Of a DNA stretch of 64,000 nucleotides, positions 60,119 through 64,000 are shown piece after piece. Source of the stretch: Laetmonice hystrix (taxonomy: Eukaryota); assembly GCA_965235115.1 (NCBI GenBank), contig OZ249436.1, positions 33,916,001 through 33,980,000 on the forward strand. The letters are read 5' to 3'. Positions within the stretch are counted from its first letter, which is position 1, and each line of letters starts with the position of its first letter. A model generated the notes under the pieces. It had not been told where the DNA came from, searched no databases, and was given only the letters and a program-made list of their open reading frames with translations. The position numbers were made by a program, and so were the translations under genes.

Positions 60119-62600
60119 GCAAGTCACGCAGCTTGTGCTGGGGGAGCTCCATTGTCTGGGAAATGATTCCCAGGAAGGTAATGCGCTGCGAAGGACCCTC
60201 CATTTTTGAATAGTTGATTGCGAAACCCAGGCGGCGAAGTAAGGCGATTAAAGTGTTGACACACTCGAGGCACTCTTGGTAAGAACGTCCGACACACAGA
60301 AAATCATCTAAGTATGCTATCACACCTTTTCGTTTCATTATACCTCGGACAGCCTGGGAGAGTTCATTAAATATTCCCAGGGCCAGGCGCGACCCGAAGG
60401 GCAGAGGCGTGTCTACCAAATACTGCTTCTGGCCCGGGGTGAACTCCCACGAAAGTCCAAGTAGATGATGGTCTGTAGAATGTGTTTTGACTGAGCGGTA
60501 GGCGTTCTTTAGATCCACTTTGGCGAAATAACATCCCGGGGATATCATCTCGATCGCATCCTGGAGGCTTTGATACTTAAACGGGGAGTGATCAGCGAAA
60601 TCATTTACTGCCGAGCCTACCGGCCGGCTACAGTCATGTATTAGGCATACCCGGCCCGAGTCTTGTTTAGGTATGGCACCCAACGCTGATACAATGGATG
60701 GAGGGGTGCTTACCTTGATGTAGCGACCGTTAGCCACTTCCTCCATTATCTTGTCTTGCACTGTCTGGCGGTTTTTAGTGCCCGTTGCTGACTTGTAGTT
60801 ATTCAGCTTCACACGAGGTCCAGAGTGTACAGCCTACTGGGGGTTTCTGGCTGCTCTTGGGGACCAGAAGCCTCATCTCTAGCTGAGACGCCTGGGATCC
60901 CCACACAAAACCGTGCTGGGCCTGGAGCTCACGGTATTGGGTGTCAAAACGGAGGATGCTCCACCACTCAAACCGGCCTGCAAGGTCGTATACCATGGCA
61001 GGGTATGTGAGGTAGTACTCCACGTCTCTGCGGCGTAAATCTCCGACCTCCAGCAGGTGAGCTAGAAGGCGCATGTTGGCACCGCTCCACTCGTCCCAGG
61101 TAATATTTGGATGACCGATGTTCCTGGCTCTGACAGAAAGGCTGCCATCAGCACCTTCCGTCAGCACCATACGGTCCCGGCGGCGGCGTTGCAAACGATT
61201 TTTGACGTCCGCCTGAGGGAAGGCCATGATGGAGACCGCTTTCTTTTTCGTCGCCTTCATGGTCAGGAACATCCGTGGGTCATGCGACAGCCCCACCGTG
61301 TGAGAGCGGCGCGTGGTTTGCCTTCTCGTTTCTCCGCGGGGCACTGCCAGGCTCTCATCTCTCTCGCTTGCTGACAACCCATCAAGTTCCTCACCTGCTC
61401 TGCGGAGTTGCTCGGCTTGCTTGCGGACCCGGGCGATGTCCAGCTCATCCTCCTCGTTCGTCAGGGCTCATTTTCTCATTTTCTCGGATTCCTTGTCCTG
61501 TCTGCAAGCACTCGCTAACTTGAACACAGATCACCCAGTGATCGTCCAAATCTTGTCCAAGTTGGCAGTTCTTGCCAGTGCAAACTTTGATATTCACTTT
61601 TGTTGGGTGCCTGGTCATGTTGGCATCCTGGGCAATGAGCAAGCTGACAGAACTGCCAAGAGGGCTCTTGAAACAGACGTCGAATTGTGTCCAATCCCAG
61701 CCTCTGACCTCAGACCTACCATCTGGGCTTACGTTAAGAACAGATGGCAGGCCGAATGGGATGAACAACCAAACAATAAGTTGTATCAGATCAGTCCCAT
61801 CGTAAACCAAAGGTATCATCATGGCCTAACCCAACGGAGGCATGAAATTGTTTTTACTCGATGCAGAGTTGGTCATTCTAGATTAACCCATGTGTTTTTA
61901 TTGAAGGGGGAGCCACCTCCAGAAAGTTATGGCTGTCAGTGTCCTTTGACACTGAAGCATCTTTTACTCGAATGTGGTGATTTTACTCTCATCAGACAAA
62001 GGTTTTATAATGAGACGAGTCTTAAGGATCTTTTTAACAATATCAGACCAGGAGTGATTTTAGAGTTCTTGTCAGAGGCTGGACTTCTGACCCTTTTCTA
62101 GATGTGTTTTGGTGGTGTTCCCGTTGGGACCCGGGATAAAATAGGTTCCTTTGGTTTTATGGTCTTATAACTCTGTTTTCGCCGTGAAGATGGCCGCAGA
62201 TGCCGACACGGCGCAAAATCACCACTACTCACTCACTCACTCACTCACTCGTCAGGGCTATCGTTAGGCTGACCGGCCGTCTTATCCTTTCAGGCGCGGA
62301 GGTTGTTCTTGGTAAATTCCGCTGCGTGCTTGTTTCCACTGTCTTAGCATCAGGAGCCGGCCTTGGCCTACCGGTAGCTCGAGCCGAATGTACATCTGCC
62401 CGTGTTAAGTGGGTAAGAGCCAGCAGCTCGTCGCATCCCTCGTTCCGGAGAACTGAGGTTGTGGTTCTTGAAAGTTTGAATTCCCGTGCCCAAGAGTCGA
62501 AGTCGAAACTTGGGCCTGCCGCTGTCTCCGATGGCAGTGCCATGCTGAGAACGATGCTTTTTGAGGCTTGTTGCTTGCGCGCTGCTAACCGTCAGACTGA
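60119..62600 (-). mobile_element. DIRS/Ngaro-type element (SAM-like gag plus RT), split by a LINE and truncated at the 3' end
   Basis: gag 62543->60799 is continuous once the LINE is removed (DFDSWAREFKLSRTT...HDPRMFLT...EWSGANMRLL...WWSILRFDTQYRELQA). The RT in 60812->60119 has LGAIPK, IHDCSRP, AKVDLKNAYRSV, LPFG, YLDDF and ITFLGI. Confidence 0.9.
61469..62248 (+). mobile_element. 5'-truncated I/Nimb-type LINE with a perfect 11-bp TSD
   Basis: RNase H (IFSDSLSCLQAL...WVPGHVGILGNEQADRTAK) to the stop at 62101, then the UTR and a (CACT)n tail. TSD TCGTCAGGGCT at 61458-61468 and 62249-62259. Confidence 0.95.
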
Positions 62601-62851
62601 CGGGCTGCTCCAGGGGGACTGGAGAAGTAAGTTCCGGGTCCCCTGCAGCGATGATTGACACATGTCTGTCCTCATTTAAACATGATTAAATGGTATTTAA
62701 TCCCCCTAGTGATCCAGAAGCTCAGTCAGGAGGGCTTGGTTACAGACTGCACCGGGTTGTGTGGGGTTCATCAGACTTCTAGCATAATCAAGCCTGTTTG
62801 TGATCAGGAGTTTTCCTGCATCGTCATCGCATACATACTTCAAAACCCCAT

Positions 62852-63333
62852 GATGAACAATGGGATGAACAACCAAACAATAAATTGTATCAGATCAGTC
62901 CCAAACCAAAGGTATCATCATGGCCTAACCCAACGGAGGCATGCAATTGTTTTTACTCGATGCAGAGTTGGTCATTCTAGATTAACCCATGTGTTTTTAT
63001 TGAAGGGGGAGCAACCTCCAGAATGTTATGGCTGTCAATGTCCTTTGACACTGAAGCATCTTTTACTAGAATGATTTTACTCTCATCAGACAAAGGTTTT
63101 ATAATGAGACGAGTCTTAAGGATCTTTTTAGCAATATCAGACCAGGAGTGATTTTAGAGTTCTTGTCAGAGGCTGGACTTCTGACTCTTTTATAGATGTG
63201 TTTTGGTGGTGTTCCCGTTAGGACCCAGGATAAAATAGGTTCCTTTGGTTTTGTGGTCTTATAACTCTGTTTTCGCCGTGAAGATGGCCCCGGATGCCGA
63301 CACGGCGCAAAACCACCACTACTCCCTCACTCA
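62852..63333 (+). mobile_element. 5'-truncated I/Nimb-type LINE
   Basis: Near-identical to the 3' part of the 61469-62248 copy. Flanked by ACTTCAAAAC(C/T)CCA, a TSD with one mismatch. Confidence 0.9.
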
Positions 63334-63837
63334 CTTCAAAACTCCAGCTGGTTTTCTGTTTCCAGAAATTTTCCACTTCTCAAAACGAGCACGCACAGCA
63401 GCAGCATGATTGCAGGGGTATGTCTTTCGCTGAGCCATTTCTCCAGGGATAAGGTTGCCACTGAGCCAAGTAGAAGTGTTCATTCTTTGCTGACTTGGTA
63501 ATATCTGGAGGTTTCATGCCCAGTGTACTACCGATCTACCCTTCCATATTATCTACAGTGTAATTGAACCCCACTGAGGGTGTCCATGTGTGATCAAAGA
63601 GCAACAAGCCGACGAAAAAAGTCCGTCCAAACTTAATTACAAATAGGTGTTGCTCCTTAGTTTTGTACTTTCAGTGTTCATCTGTGAACTAAGACCAGAC
63701 AACAGACGGGTCCAAATTATTATCAAAGTCTTTTTCGTTGTCCCAACAATGCAGGGAAGATGCCGCACTGATATAGCAACTTTCTCTTGAAAGAAATAGC
63801 TGCAGAGATTCACTGTCAACCGACAGTGCAGGAAAGA

Positions 63838-64000
63838 AGCTTTATCACCATGTAAAATGTTCTCCCCAATCTGATCTCAGGCCTACCATTTGGGCTTATA
63901 TTAAAAACAAATGGCAGGCCGAAACAACCAAACAACAAGTTATATCAGATCAGTCCTGCTGTGAACCAATGTTCACAACTCCCTGGCCCAACCTAGGTAT
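63838..64000 (+). mobile_element. Diverged fragment of the same LINE family
   Basis: SDLRPTIWAYIKNKWQAE..QPNNKLYQISP. Confidence 0.7.

Noticed and set aside
59910..60812. 300-aa ORF that appears to fuse a DIRS RT to a transposase
   Set aside because: The switch near 60118 (KLRDLH|QNQIQK) joins a truncated RT to the middle of a transposase that is frameshifted just downstream. A chance in-frame junction between nested remnants explains it best.
61313..61468. N-terminal part of the 262-aa ORF 61313-62101
   Set aside because: It lies outside the TSD and is antisense DIRS gag. Only 61469 onward is LINE coding sequence.

Overview
Eukaryotic genomic DNA from an invertebrate animal, probably a marine bilaterian. 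It splits sharply into two parts. The first ~31 kb is gene-rich. It holds the 3' half of a class IX myosin gene (+; giant low-complexity exon, C1 domain, RhoGAP, 15 frame-consistent exons), a complete 7-exon CRAL-TRIO gene (-) converging on it, and the first four exons of an SNX22/24-type sorting nexin (+), plus MITEs and a tRNA-derived SINE. From ~31.5 kb to the end is a pile of nested, decayed mobile elements: two related Ty3/gypsy elements (one with a class I fusion-protein env, one LTR-bounded with gag-PR-RT-RH and an inverted integrase tail plus chromodomain), several DIRS/Ngaro-type pieces, a BEL/Pao gag fragment, a DDE transposase remnant and about ten 3' fragments of an RNase H-bearing I/Nimb-type LINE. 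The most notable observations are: (1) an env-bearing, retrovirus-like gypsy family that can be partly rebuilt from two broken copies; (2) a strong strand asymmetry in the TE pile that suggests a uni-strand piRNA-cluster-like trap; (3) a capping-protein-interaction (CPI)-like motif in the last myosin IX exon; (4) an H-type pseudoknot plus hairpin in the LINE 3' UTR. All family assignments come from motif recognition by eye; no database searches were run.
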